A stretch of DNA of 64,000 nt from an uncultured Planctomycetales bacterium (lineage in GTDB: Bacteria > Planctomycetota > Phycisphaerae > UBA1845 > PWPN01): assembly GCA_964617875.1 (NCBI GenBank), contig CAZUAI010000002.1, positions 59,230 to 123,229 on the forward strand, read 5' to 3'. Below the pieces are notes generated by a model, which saw only the letters and a program-made list of their open reading frames with translations, had not been told where the DNA came from and ran no database searches. Positions within the stretch are counted from its first letter, which is position 1. Each line of letters begins with the position of its first letter. The translations under genes and the position numbers were made by a program. Shown piece by piece: positions 55,881 through 64,000 of this stretch.

Positions 55881-57692
55881 TCAATGGCGGCCGGCGCCCG
55901 AGACAGCGGGCTCGGCCGCGTGGCGCAGCGTCTTCACGAGGTCGCGCAATTCCTGCACGCGGCGCGTAAGGCTGTGCGCGTCAAGCTCGTCGGGCTCCGT
56001 TTCGTGGCCCGGAGAGGCGGGCGTTCGACGATCGGCCGCCGCCCGTTCGAGGTCGCCCGGTGCGGCCCACTCCTCGTCGCGGGTACGCTCGATCTCCGCG
56101 CGAATGGATCGCGCCCGATGGACGGCCTGGCCCATGATCTTTTCCATGTGGGCGGTCTGCTGCTGACCGGCCTCAATCCGCTTGCGGAGGATGTGATCGG
56201 CCAGACGGAGCTGCTCCATCGTCCGCACCGGCTCGGCCATGGCGTCTTCAAGCCGCGCGAGGCGTCCCGGGATCGAATCGCAGAGTTCCTGCGCCCGCTG
56301 GCGGAACGAATCGAGCTTCTGGCACTGCTCGTGGGTGACGTGGTGCACTTTGCGCAGGAGGTTGATCATGCGTTTGGTGCGGTTCATCACCGGCAGCGTG
56401 TCGTTTCGCTCCTCGGCGAGGTGGCGGCTCGCCTGCTCGCACGCCGCGGTCTGCCTGGCGAGGGCCTCCCGCATCGTGCGGGCCTCATCGACGGCGGCCC
56501 GGGTGCTTTCGTGCATCTCCCGCAGGTCGCCGGCGAGGCGCGTGGCCTCGTGCAGGATCGACTGGGGGACGGCGAGCATCTGCTGCATCTGCTCCAGGGC
56601 CTGCCGGCAGGCGCCGAGCGTCGTTTCCGCTTCCTGGCGGTACTGCTGCATGGAGCGCAGCATGGCGAGCACGCGTTCGCAGATCCGGTCGTACCGCCGG
56701 AGCTGCCGCGTGACGGCCGGCTGGGCGTCGCGGAGTTCCTTGATGTCGGCGTTGCCCTGGGACAGCCCGGCCTCGAGCCCCGCGAGGCGATCGGCCAGAT
56801 CGCGGATCGTCGGATGTTCCTGGAGCCGTGCGTTGAAGAGCACGCCGGCCTCGTCGTCGGCGAGCTGCGCCTCGAAGACCTTCGGGTCGTAGCCGCCCTC
56901 GAACGGAACGGTTTCGGCGAGTTCCGCGTCGATGCGGCTGACCTTCAGCCCGGTCGCATGCGCCAGCAGGGCCTCGCAGACGCCGTTGATCAGCCGGGGG
57001 ATGCCGCCGGTCCGCCGATGCACGACGGCGATGGCGTCTTCGGTGAAGATTTCGTCGGCCGTGCCGCCGGCATTGTGAATGCGGCCGCGAATGTAGGCGG
57101 CCGTGTCGCTTTCGCTCAGCGGAGCGATCTCGATGTGCCGGTACATCCGCTGCTGCAGTGCCGCGCCGGCCAGACCGAGGAAGCGTGCCGCCAGCTTCGG
57201 CCAGCCGATCACGACGAGCTGAACGAGCGGCATGTCGTCGGCTTCCATCGCCGCGAGCTGCCGGATGAGGTCGAGGCAGTCGTCGGGGAGGTCGTGCGCG
57301 TTCTCGACGACGACCACCGCGGGAATATCCTGTTCGTGGAGCTGGTCGGCGAAACGCTCGATCTCCTGGGCGAGACTGACGGTTGCCGCCGTGTGTTTTC
57401 GGCTGATGCGGAATCCTTCGGCGATGGCGGCCCACAGATCGTCGCGATTGGCGCAGGGGCGGGCGATCGTGGCGACCGCGGCCCGTGCCCCGAGGTGGTA
57501 CCGCAACATGCGCGCCACGGCCGTCTTCCCGGTCCCCGGCGGACCGGTCACCACGACGACCCCCTTGCGGTTGTCGATGGCGTATTTCAACGTCTCGACG
57601 GCCTCGCGGGCGGTTGCCAGGTTGACGAAGTGGGACGGGTCCGGCGTGCTGTCGAACGGCGACCGGTCTAGTTTGAAAAGAGAGAGATCCAT
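55881..57692 (-). CDS. ExeA-like AAA+ ATPase (polysaccharide/PEP-CTERM-locus type) with a coiled-coil-like C-terminal extension of about 330 aa
   Basis: FVNLATAREAVETLKYAIDNRKGVVVVTGPPGTGKTAVARML, VVVVENAHDL, PLSESDTAAYIRGRI, GGIPRLINGVCE. The C-terminal half is rich in Q/E/R/L/A. Confidence 0.8.
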   Translation of the reverse strand: MDLSLFKLDRSPFDSTPDPSHFVNLATAREAVETLKYAIDNRKGVVVVTGPPGTGKTAVARMLRYHLGARAAVATIARPCANRDDLWAAIAEGFRISRKHTAATVSLAQEIERFADQLHEQDIPAVVVVENAHDLPDDCLDLIRQLAAMEADDMPLVQLVVIGWPKLAARFLGLAGAALQQRMYRHIEIAPLSESDTAAYIRGRIHNAGGTADEIFTEDAIAVVHRRTGGIPRLINGVCEALLAHATGLKVSRIDAELAETVPFEGGYDPKVFEAQLADDEAGVLFNARLQEHPTIRDLADRLAGLEAGLSQGNADIKELRDAQPAVTRQLRRYDRICERVLAMLRSMQQYRQEAETTLGACRQALEQMQQMLAVPQSILHEATRLAGDLREMHESTRAAVDEARTMREALARQTAACEQASRHLAEERNDTLPVMNRTKRMINLLRKVHHVTHEQCQKLDSFRQRAQELCDSIPGRLARLEDAMAEPVRTMEQLRLADHILRKRIEAGQQQTAHMEKIMGQAVHRARSIRAEIERTRDEEWAAPGDLERAAADRRTPASPGHETEPDELDAHSLTRRVQELRDLVKTLRHAAEPAVSGAGRH

Positions 57693-57841
57693 CTCACGCT
57701 CGCCTTCGCGTTTCGACCTTAGACCCTCGCAACGGTGTATCGGTCCTGCACCGACCCGTCTTGAGGATCAAGTCCGAGAAACGCCTTTGTTTCATCGTCC
57801 ATGCCGCCCGTATTCTCGCCCCCAACGCGGGGGAACGGGCC

Positions 57842-58504
57842 TCAAGCCACGACGCAATGTCCCGCCCCCGCCACCGATAACCGCGGAGGGGCCGGACCGG
57901 CCGACGGCAGGTCCGAGGGCAAAGGCTCCAATGCCCGCGCATCCACCTCGGCGCTGACGCCTTGGCGGAGAAAATCCACTGTGACCACAAACCGGCAGCG
58001 TCCGAGCCGGCCCTCGACAATGCCCTCCATCCCGGCCAGTGGCCCGTAGGCGATCCGAACGCGGCGACCCAGGGCCAGCTTTTCCTCGGGATAGAGCGGG
58101 AGCTGCGAATCGATCAGCCGCTTCACCCGCCGAAGGTCGTCCGTGAGTCGTCGCTGCTCGATGACGCGCAGCGACGCGGCGATCCGATTGGACTGCAGGG
58201 CCTCAATCCGCCCGCGTTCGTCGGCCTTCACGAAGACGTAGCCGGTGAACAACGGAATCCAGCTCGTCGTGTGACCGTCGCGATCAATGCGTTGCCGTGC
58301 ATATTGCGGAAGGAAGTAGGGGACGCCATGGGCAAAGAGGTGCCGCGCAAGGGCCTTTTCCTGCCGGGGCTTCGTGTGCGCGACGAACCACTGGCTCTCG
58401 CCTGCCGCTGCAACCTGCGGCGGCGGGGTATGGTCGGACACCGGCGGGGCCTCATCGAGGAGGTTTGCCGGGTAGATCATCGGTTCCATCGAAAGAATCG
58501 GCAC
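57842..58504 (-). CDS. NusG-paralog transcription antiterminator (RfaH/UpxY-like)
   Basis: NGN-like WFVAHTKPRQEKALARHL...PLFTGYVFV and KOW GRRVRIAYGPLAGMEGIVEG. Start at GTG 58504, or ATG 58489/58480. Confidence 0.8.
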   Translation of the reverse strand: MPILSMEPMIYPANLLDEAPPVSDHTPPPQVAAAGESQWFVAHTKPRQEKALARHLFAHGVPYFLPQYARQRIDRDGHTTSWIPLFTGYVFVKADERGRIEALQSNRIAASLRVIEQRRLTDDLRRVKRLIDSQLPLYPEEKLALGRRVRIAYGPLAGMEGIVEGRLGRCRFVVTVDFLRQGVSAEVDARALEPLPSDLPSAGPAPPRLSVAGAGHCVVA

Positions 58505-58537
58505 GTTGCACTCCCTTGCAAGCGTGATCGTCGGTGA

Positions 58538-60115
58538 TCAGTCACCGGCCAGCGCCGCCTCCATGCTGCCGCTCGGGGCGGACCGAATGTCGTCGCAACG
58601 GTCGTACGCCGCATCGCCGTTCGAACCAAGCAGGCGGGCCAGTTCGACGAGCAGCGGCATGATCAGCAACTCCTTGGCGTGGACCCGGGCCGGCCGCCGT
58701 GAGCATCCCTCGCCCAGCGTGACCAGGAGGCCCTCCGCCCGCTGCCGTTCGTTGGCATACAGATGCGTGGTGACGACCGTGCCGGGCTTGCGGCCCAGCT
58801 CGAGGATCGGTGCCGTCGTCAGCGGCACCTGGCCGGAGCCGTCGTCCCTCTGCAGGAGGATGTAGTCGATCCCCAGCGTCCTTCTCGCACGCCGAATCCC
58901 GTCGAGGACGAGACGCAGGCGCTCGGCGACCGCACGGGCGGTCTCGGGCGAGCCGTCGTTGGCCTGTGACGCCGGCGTCGCATGCCCCCCGGCGCGGGTC
59001 CTTGCGATCAGATCAACAAGAATCCGGTTGGCCCGGCGGCAGTGCAGCCACATGCGCAACGAGAGATAACCGAACCACCGGTATACCACGCCGGAGAGGG
59101 CGATGACCGCGGCGAGCATGGCGGGCTCGATCCACGCCGGTCCGCGTGCGGCGGCGACAGCGCCCAGGCCGAACACGGCCGTGGCGCCGCACAGGATGCC
59201 GGCGGCGGTCTGGGGACGGAAGCCGAACGACAGCAACATGTGGTGAATGTGCCCGCGGTCGGCGGCGAAGACGGATCGGCCGACCAGGAGCCGCCGGATC
59301 ACGCAGGCAGTCATGTCCACGAGGGGCACGGTGAGCGCCAGGGCCGGGAGGCAGATCCGCGTTGTGCCCTCCGGATTCCGTGCGGCGAGGATGCCGGTGG
59401 AAGCGACCAGCACCCCGAGGAGCAGGCTGCCGGAGTCACCGAGGAACGACTTCGGCGGTCGCACGTTATGGACGACCAGGACCACGCACGCTCCGATCAT
59501 CGCGGCACTGAGCAGCCCGAGCAGCGAACCGAGGCTCGTGAAGCCTGCAATCAGAAGGAAACAGGAGGACGCCAGCGCGGCCGTGCCGGCGGCGAGGCCG
59601 TCGAGGCCGTCGAGGAAGTTCAGTGCGTTCGTGACGCCCACAACCCAGAGGATCGTGACGACGGCGCCGACCCAGGCGAGTTCGACGGTTCCGATCATCG
59701 GCAGCTGAACGGCGTCGATGCGGATTCCGCCGAGCCACAGGATCGCGGCTGCAATGATCTGGAACAGGAGCTTGGCGCGGGGGCCAAGGCCGAACAGGTC
59801 GTCGTAAAGCCCGACGAGCAACATGACGGCCGCACCGGGGAAGAGGCCCCAGTGGCGCCGGCACTGCTCGGGAGCAGTCGGGTCAACAAAGAGCCAGAGG
59901 CCGATGCAGGCGAGCACGGCGACGGCGGCGCTGAGACCGCCGAGTCGCGGCGTCGCACGGCGATGGACCTTCCGGGTGTCCGGCCGGTCGATCGCACCAA
60001 CCAGCCACGCGATGCGCCGGTTCCAGGGCGATACCAGCGACACCGTGAACGCGGAGAGGGCAAATGCCCAGGCCAAGATCGTCAATCCGTTGTTTGGCCA
60101 CATCACAAGGCTCAC
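58538..60115 (-). CDS. WecA/MraY-family polyprenyl-phosphate hexose/HexNAc-1-phosphate transferase with an extra C-terminal domain of about 175 aa
   Basis: IDRPDTRKVHRRATPRLGG, GLYDDLFGLGPRAKL, NALNFLDGLDGLAAG, FLGDSGSLLLG, about 10 TM helices, then a soluble tail. Start at GTG 60115 or ATG 60103. Confidence 0.85.
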   Translation of the reverse strand: MSLVMWPNNGLTILAWAFALSAFTVSLVSPWNRRIAWLVGAIDRPDTRKVHRRATPRLGGLSAAVAVLACIGLWLFVDPTAPEQCRRHWGLFPGAAVMLLVGLYDDLFGLGPRAKLLFQIIAAAILWLGGIRIDAVQLPMIGTVELAWVGAVVTILWVVGVTNALNFLDGLDGLAAGTAALASSCFLLIAGFTSLGSLLGLLSAAMIGACVVLVVHNVRPPKSFLGDSGSLLLGVLVASTGILAARNPEGTTRICLPALALTVPLVDMTACVIRRLLVGRSVFAADRGHIHHMLLSFGFRPQTAAGILCGATAVFGLGAVAAARGPAWIEPAMLAAVIALSGVVYRWFGYLSLRMWLHCRRANRILVDLIARTRAGGHATPASQANDGSPETARAVAERLRLVLDGIRRARRTLGIDYILLQRDDGSGQVPLTTAPILELGRKPGTVVTTHLYANERQRAEGLLVTLGEGCSRRPARVHAKELLIMPLLVELARLLGSNGDAAYDRCDDIRSAPSGSMEAALAGD

Positions 60116-60373
60116 CGTATCCGTCCCAGCCTTCGGGGTGCAGTTATTGACCCCCGTGCTCTATCGAACGCGGGGGGCCATCGCATTAGGACTGCTTCAT
60201 AAAGCGTTGACGCAATTGCGCCCGGGTGACCGCGTGGATGTAAGGCTTGCCGCCGCGCCAGCCGATAGATGATCGGACCCGAGCGCGGCGCGCCTCGCCG
60301 CGGCTTGTCGGGGACAGGCAATGAAAAGCGGACCAATCGTTATTGAACCTCAAGCCCGACCCCCCGCGGGACG

Positions 60374-62836
60374 ATGATGGGGGCAGTAAGCCCGTCGCGA
60401 AGGGATTCCGTGTCGGCGGGCAGGCGGCAACAGTTTGCGGACAGGGATGACCCAAAGGTTGCTGAAGTGACAGGAACTGCACAAGAACCGCGCAACGCAG
60501 CGACCGACGCCGGCACGGCGTACGGCGTGACCGCGCGAGGATCGTTCGGCCGGGACCGGCTCCTCGTCGTGGTGTGCGTTCTGCTCGGCGCCGGGGTCGG
60601 CGCGTACCGGCTCTGGACCGTGGCACCGCAATTCGCCGCCACCGCCCGCCTGTACGTCGAACCCACGGAAACGATCAGCGCGGCCGATCCGGCTTCTTCC
60701 GCCTCTGCCAAGGGAAAGGTCGAGGAGCCGGCGCTGCCGCCCACCGATGTGCTGCTTGGGGCCGGCCTGGCCCAGACGGCGATCCAGATCGGGAACCTGA
60801 AGTCGCTTCCCTGCTACGCCAACGAGCCCGACCTCGCGCTGGACATCATCTCGAACCTGGAAGTCAAGACAGCGGCGTCGCAGTCCGGCGTGGGACAGAT
60901 TCAGGACCTGAAGTTCACCGGGCCCGATCGCAAGGCGGCGCAGCACGTCCTGGAGAGCATCATCACCGCGTACGAAGAGACGGCGGAACAGTGGAGGCTC
61001 CGCCGGATCACGGAGCTGCTGGCCTCCCTCGAGAAGCAGCGGATGCTGCTGACCGACCGGCTGCAGAAGAAACAGCAGGACCTCGAAGAGTTCAAGGGGT
61101 CAAACCCCTCCGCGTTCCGGATGGGCGAGCTGCAGATCCTCGACGGGCGACTGAAGGCGCTCGTTGAGGCGCGGATTCGTGCCGAACTTCGGCGGATCGA
61201 GGCCGAAGTGCGGTTGCGGGTGCTGGAGGCGATGGCGGGCACGACGACGCAACCGGCCGCTGCCGGCGAGGGGAATTCCGGCGCCGGAGACCTTGCGGAT
61301 GTCCTGGCCTTCGACCGGCTCATGGGCCGTGCGAGCTGGGGAACCGAGGAGCCAGGCCATTTCGGCTCGGCCCGCCCGAACTGGCCCGCGGGCCCGTCGG
61401 CGGCCTCACCCGCTGCCGGGTTGAAGCCCCCGACCTCCGTCGGCGCGGACGAGATGGATCTCGAAGCGGAGCGACGACAGGTCGCGCAGCTCGCCGAAAG
61501 CTGGGGACCGGACCATCCGAAGCTGCAGGCCGCCAAGGCGCGGCTTGCGGAACTGGAACGCAACGCCCGCCGGCAGGCCGAGCGATCAATCCGCGCCGCG
61601 CAGGCCTATTTCCAGTATTGCCGCGATGAAGAGGACCGGCTGCAGCGGACCATCGAAATCCAGCGCGCGTCGGCGTCGGATGACGTGGGCAGCGAATCGG
61701 CCATTCGGGCCCAGATTCTGCAACAGGTGGTGGAGCGCACCGGGAAGATCCTGACCGCGGTCTGCGAACGGATCGACCGCTTGAGCCTCGAGTCGGCGGC
61801 GGCCGGAATCGGCAGCTTCCGGATCACGACGCTGGTCCCGCCGAATACGGCGCCCGTGGTGACCGCCAACCAGGGGCCCAAGCTGTTTCTCGTTCCGACC
61901 GGTATCGGATTGCTCGTCGGATTCGCGTTGTCGTACCTGTCCGGGTCGAAGAAGGCGGCGGCCCCGTCGCCGGTTCGCCCGATGCGGACGGAATACCGCC
62001 CGGTGACGCCACGCGAGTTCATCCTGGGCTACGTTCCGGCGATGCCGCGGGACGGCGGGCGGGGCTCCGAGCGGACGATGGGGACCTGGGTCTTGCGTGA
62101 ATCCGGCTCCAAGGCGTCAAAGGCCTTCCGCCGGCTCGCCAAGCGGGTTGTGCAGGCCTCAGGCCGCATGGATGCGCGTTGCGTGCTCGTTTCGAGCACC
62201 GAGCCGCGGGAAGGAAAGTCGGTCGTTCTGGCGAACCTGGCGACGGCGATCGCACAGTCGGGCCGAAGCGTACTGCTCATTGATGCCAACTACGACCATC
62301 CGTCGCAGCATGTCCTGCTGTCGGATGTCCTGTCGCTCGGGGGCGGGCCGGCGGAGCCGGTCGAGGTCTCCGAAGAGGCATTCGAGAGCGGGCGCATCGT
62401 GATGCGGACGCAGCTGGAGACGCTCTCGCTGGTTCCGGCGTGGCCGAAGCCCGAGCGTCCGTCGGAGATCCTGAAGTCGTCGGCGATGCGCGAGTTCATC
62501 CGCCAGGGCCGGGCGAAGTACGACCTGATCCTCATTGACGGTCCGGCCGTAAGCGATCGCGAGAGCATCGACCGCCTGGCCGAGTCGGCGGACGCGGTGG
62601 CGTACGTGTCGGACGCGGCCAACATGACGACGGGGAAAGAGAAAGAGATTGCGCGGCAGGTGGATCTGCCGGCATTGGGTCTGGTGGTCAACACGATTCC
62701 CCCCGTGCCCGCGGCGGCTTCGTCGTCACGGAAGCGCAAGGCCGCGGCTCCGGCCGAAGACTTGAGCGGGATGTGGCCGGAGAGCGAGCCGCGGCGCCCG
62801 GCGGGGTCGGGCGAGGGCACGAAAGAGACACCGTGA
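60374..62836 (+). CDS. Polysaccharide co-polymerase (Wzz/GumC-like) fused to a BY-kinase-like P-loop domain without a C-terminal Tyr cluster
   Basis: N-terminal TM LLVVVCVLLGAGVGAY, long coiled-coil periplasmic region, second TM, then VLVSSTEPREGKSVVLANLATAIAQSGRSVLLIDANYDHP and YDLILIDGPA. Confidence 0.8.
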   Translation: MMGAVSPSRRDSVSAGRRQQFADRDDPKVAEVTGTAQEPRNAATDAGTAYGVTARGSFGRDRLLVVVCVLLGAGVGAYRLWTVAPQFAATARLYVEPTETISAADPASSASAKGKVEEPALPPTDVLLGAGLAQTAIQIGNLKSLPCYANEPDLALDIISNLEVKTAASQSGVGQIQDLKFTGPDRKAAQHVLESIITAYEETAEQWRLRRITELLASLEKQRMLLTDRLQKKQQDLEEFKGSNPSAFRMGELQILDGRLKALVEARIRAELRRIEAEVRLRVLEAMAGTTTQPAAAGEGNSGAGDLADVLAFDRLMGRASWGTEEPGHFGSARPNWPAGPSAASPAAGLKPPTSVGADEMDLEAERRQVAQLAESWGPDHPKLQAAKARLAELERNARRQAERSIRAAQAYFQYCRDEEDRLQRTIEIQRASASDDVGSESAIRAQILQQVVERTGKILTAVCERIDRLSLESAAAGIGSFRITTLVPPNTAPVVTANQGPKLFLVPTGIGLLVGFALSYLSGSKKAAAPSPVRPMRTEYRPVTPREFILGYVPAMPRDGGRGSERTMGTWVLRESGSKASKAFRRLAKRVVQASGRMDARCVLVSSTEPREGKSVVLANLATAIAQSGRSVLLIDANYDHPSQHVLLSDVLSLGGGPAEPVEVSEEAFESGRIVMRTQLETLSLVPAWPKPERPSEILKSSAMREFIRQGRAKYDLILIDGPAVSDRESIDRLAESADAVAYVSDAANMTTGKEKEIARQVDLPALGLVVNTIPPVPAAASSSRKRKAAAPAEDLSGMWPESEPRRPAGSGEGTKETP

Positions 62837-62879
62837 CCGCCCCGCAGGCGGAGATGACCTGAAAAAGAGAGTCTGGGCC

Positions 62880-64000
62880 ATGTGCGCAAGGATGACACAC
62901 GGACGTGCGATTCAACCGGCGACGCTGGCGTTGCTGGCGGTGATCTCCTTGAGCATGCCGGCGTGCAATGCCCCCGACTACAAGGGGATGCCGATCGAGC
63001 AGTTCCAGGAGCTGGTCGCCCAGGAGGAGGCCGAGTGGCACGCGCAGGCGACGTCCCGGCCGGCCGGCGTTCCGACGACGCGGCCGATGGCCACGCCGCC
63101 CGAGTACCGCGTCGGTCCGCTCGACGTGCTGAATGTGACGGTCTACGGCGTGGATTCGCTCGATGCCCCGACGGTCATCCCGGCCCGCGTGGCCGAGGAC
63201 GGGTGCGTCACGCTGCCGCTGGTCGGCGCCGTCTCTGTCGCGGACCAGTCGCTCGCACAGATTGAAAAGACCATCGCGGCGGCCTACTCCCCGAAGTATC
63301 TGCGCAATCCGCGCGTCCTGGTCGAGATGAAGGAATACCATCTGACCAACGTGCTGGTGGTCGGAGGCATCGAGGGCGCCCGCGAGGTGCCGCTGCGCCG
63401 GAACGAACGGACGGTGTTCTGCTCCCTCGCGAAGGGGCCGTCCGGCGGCCCCGGCCAGATCGCCCAGCAGGTGCTGGTGCAGCCCGCCGCCGACCCGTAC
63501 AAGCTCGAATCGTACGATCTCACGCAGGCGGGCGAAGTCGTCCGACTGATGAACCGGCCCCCACTCGAGGAAAGCGACATCGTCATTGCGCGGTCGGCCC
63601 CGCCGCCGGCGGTGTACATCTTCGGCCTGACGGGCGGCGGCTCGTACGGTACGGTCGGCCGCGGCGGAGGCTTCCGGAGCGGCACGGCGACGAGCAGCAG
63701 CTTCGGGACCGGCGGCGTGTTCCCGATCCCGGAGACGGGCCTGCGGCTGCGGCAGGCGATTGCCGGGGCCGGCGGCGTGCCCACGGCGTTTGATGCGGAC
63801 AAGATCGTCCTGACGCGGCGGATGCGCAGCGGCCAGGACGTGCAGGTCGTCTTCAAGTGGAAGGAACTCGCCGTCGGCAATCAGCCTGATGTGGACCTGA
63901 AGCCGGGCGACATCATCGAGATCCCGCACACGGCTCAGACCCGCATCGAGGAGGTTTTGCGGAACGCGGTCGTCCTCCAGGCGGGCGTGAGCGCGGTCTG
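62880..64000 (+). CDS. Wza-like outer-membrane polysaccharide export lipoprotein (3' end outside the window)
   Basis: Translated by hand; it is absent from the ORF track because there is no stop in the window. Lipobox LLAVISLSMPAC, Poly_export motif YRVGPLDVLNVTVYG...ARVAEDGCVTLPLVGAVSVADQSLAQIEKTIAAAY, SLBB-like LKPGDIIEIP. The frame stays open to position 64000. Confidence 0.8.
   Translation, partial: MCARMTHGRAIQPATLALLAVISLSMPACNAPDYKGMPIEQFQELVAQEEAEWHAQATSRPAGVPTTRPMATPPEYRVGPLDVLNVTVYGVDSLDAPTVIPARVAEDGCVTLPLVGAVSVADQSLAQIEKTIAAAYSPKYLRNPRVLVEMKEYHLTNVLVVGGIEGAREVPLRRNERTVFCSLAKGPSGGPGQIAQQVLVQPAADPYKLESYDLTQAGEVVRLMNRPPLEESDIVIARSAPPPAVYIFGLTGGGSYGTVGRGGGFRSGTATSSSFGTGGVFPIPETGLRLRQAIAGAGGVPTAFDADKIVLTRRMRSGQDVQVVFKWKELAVGNQPDVDLKPGDIIEIPHTAQTRIEEVLRNAVVLQAGVSAV

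Noticed and set aside
55483-55884. 133-aa minus-strand ORF and several overlapping plus-strand ORFs in the GT2/AAA+ convergent gap.
   Set aside because: All are Arg/Pro/Gly-rich with no motifs, no SD and no coherent hydrophobic pattern.

Overview
GC-rich bacterial chromosomal window from a diderm (LPS-heptose genes and a Wza-type exporter are present). The gene content is reminiscent of Planctomycetota/PVC genomes, but that is a guess. I support about 50 protein-coding genes. I found no rRNA, tRNA, CRISPR array, transposase, integrase or phage gene by eye. Many of the longest ORFs in the supplied track (92..2215-, 13099..15336-, 14267..17077-, 37271..40228+, 42955..45534- and others) are antisense or out-of-frame GC artefacts: Arg/Gly/Pro/Ala-rich, no motifs, lying opposite clearly recognisable genes. 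Several track ORFs also start too far upstream, so I re-derived starts from internal ATG/GTG codons, Shine-Dalgarno motifs and ATGA overlaps. Blocks, left to right: GT4 glycosyltransferase plus an orphan GspE-like ATPase; fasciclin and folE, divergent from an HTH/B12-domain-like regulator; an LPS-heptose cluster (heptosyltransferase, heptose-1-P adenylyltransferase, LPS kinase); a Na+/solute symporter and LemA; an RRM/RGG RNA-binding protein with an AT-rich leader; a carbohydrate-active block (acyltransferase_3, an unknown 702-aa secreted protein, an SGNH-GH28 fusion, a GH106-like 969-aa protein); ispF, cysS, leuS, a CYTH protein and a TIM-barrel isomerase; an MsbA-like ABC exporter with a PDZ-like insertion; an unknown 1030-aa secreted protein; mcsA-mcsB; a second orphan GspE-like ATPase; bioD; nfnAB-like genes and gdhA, divergent from an NrpR-like regulator; cysK, a transsulfuration PLP enzyme and msrBA; a methyltransferase; pckG with a GH172/DUF2961 gene; an ECF sigma/anti-sigma/secreted-protein module; and an exopolysaccharide locus (GT2, ExeA-like AAA+, NusG paralog, WecA-like, Wzc-like, and a Wza-like gene that runs off the window end). 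I see no clear-cut novel multi-gene system such as a defence island. The most unusual items are the PDZ-like insertion in the ABC exporter, the NrpR-like regulator next to gdhA/nfnAB with a GGAA-N4-TTCC palindrome, the triple 9-mer around the folE promoter next to a His-less B12-domain regulator, and mcsAB without ctsR or clpC in the window. All family assignments rest on motif recognition by eye. No searches were run.
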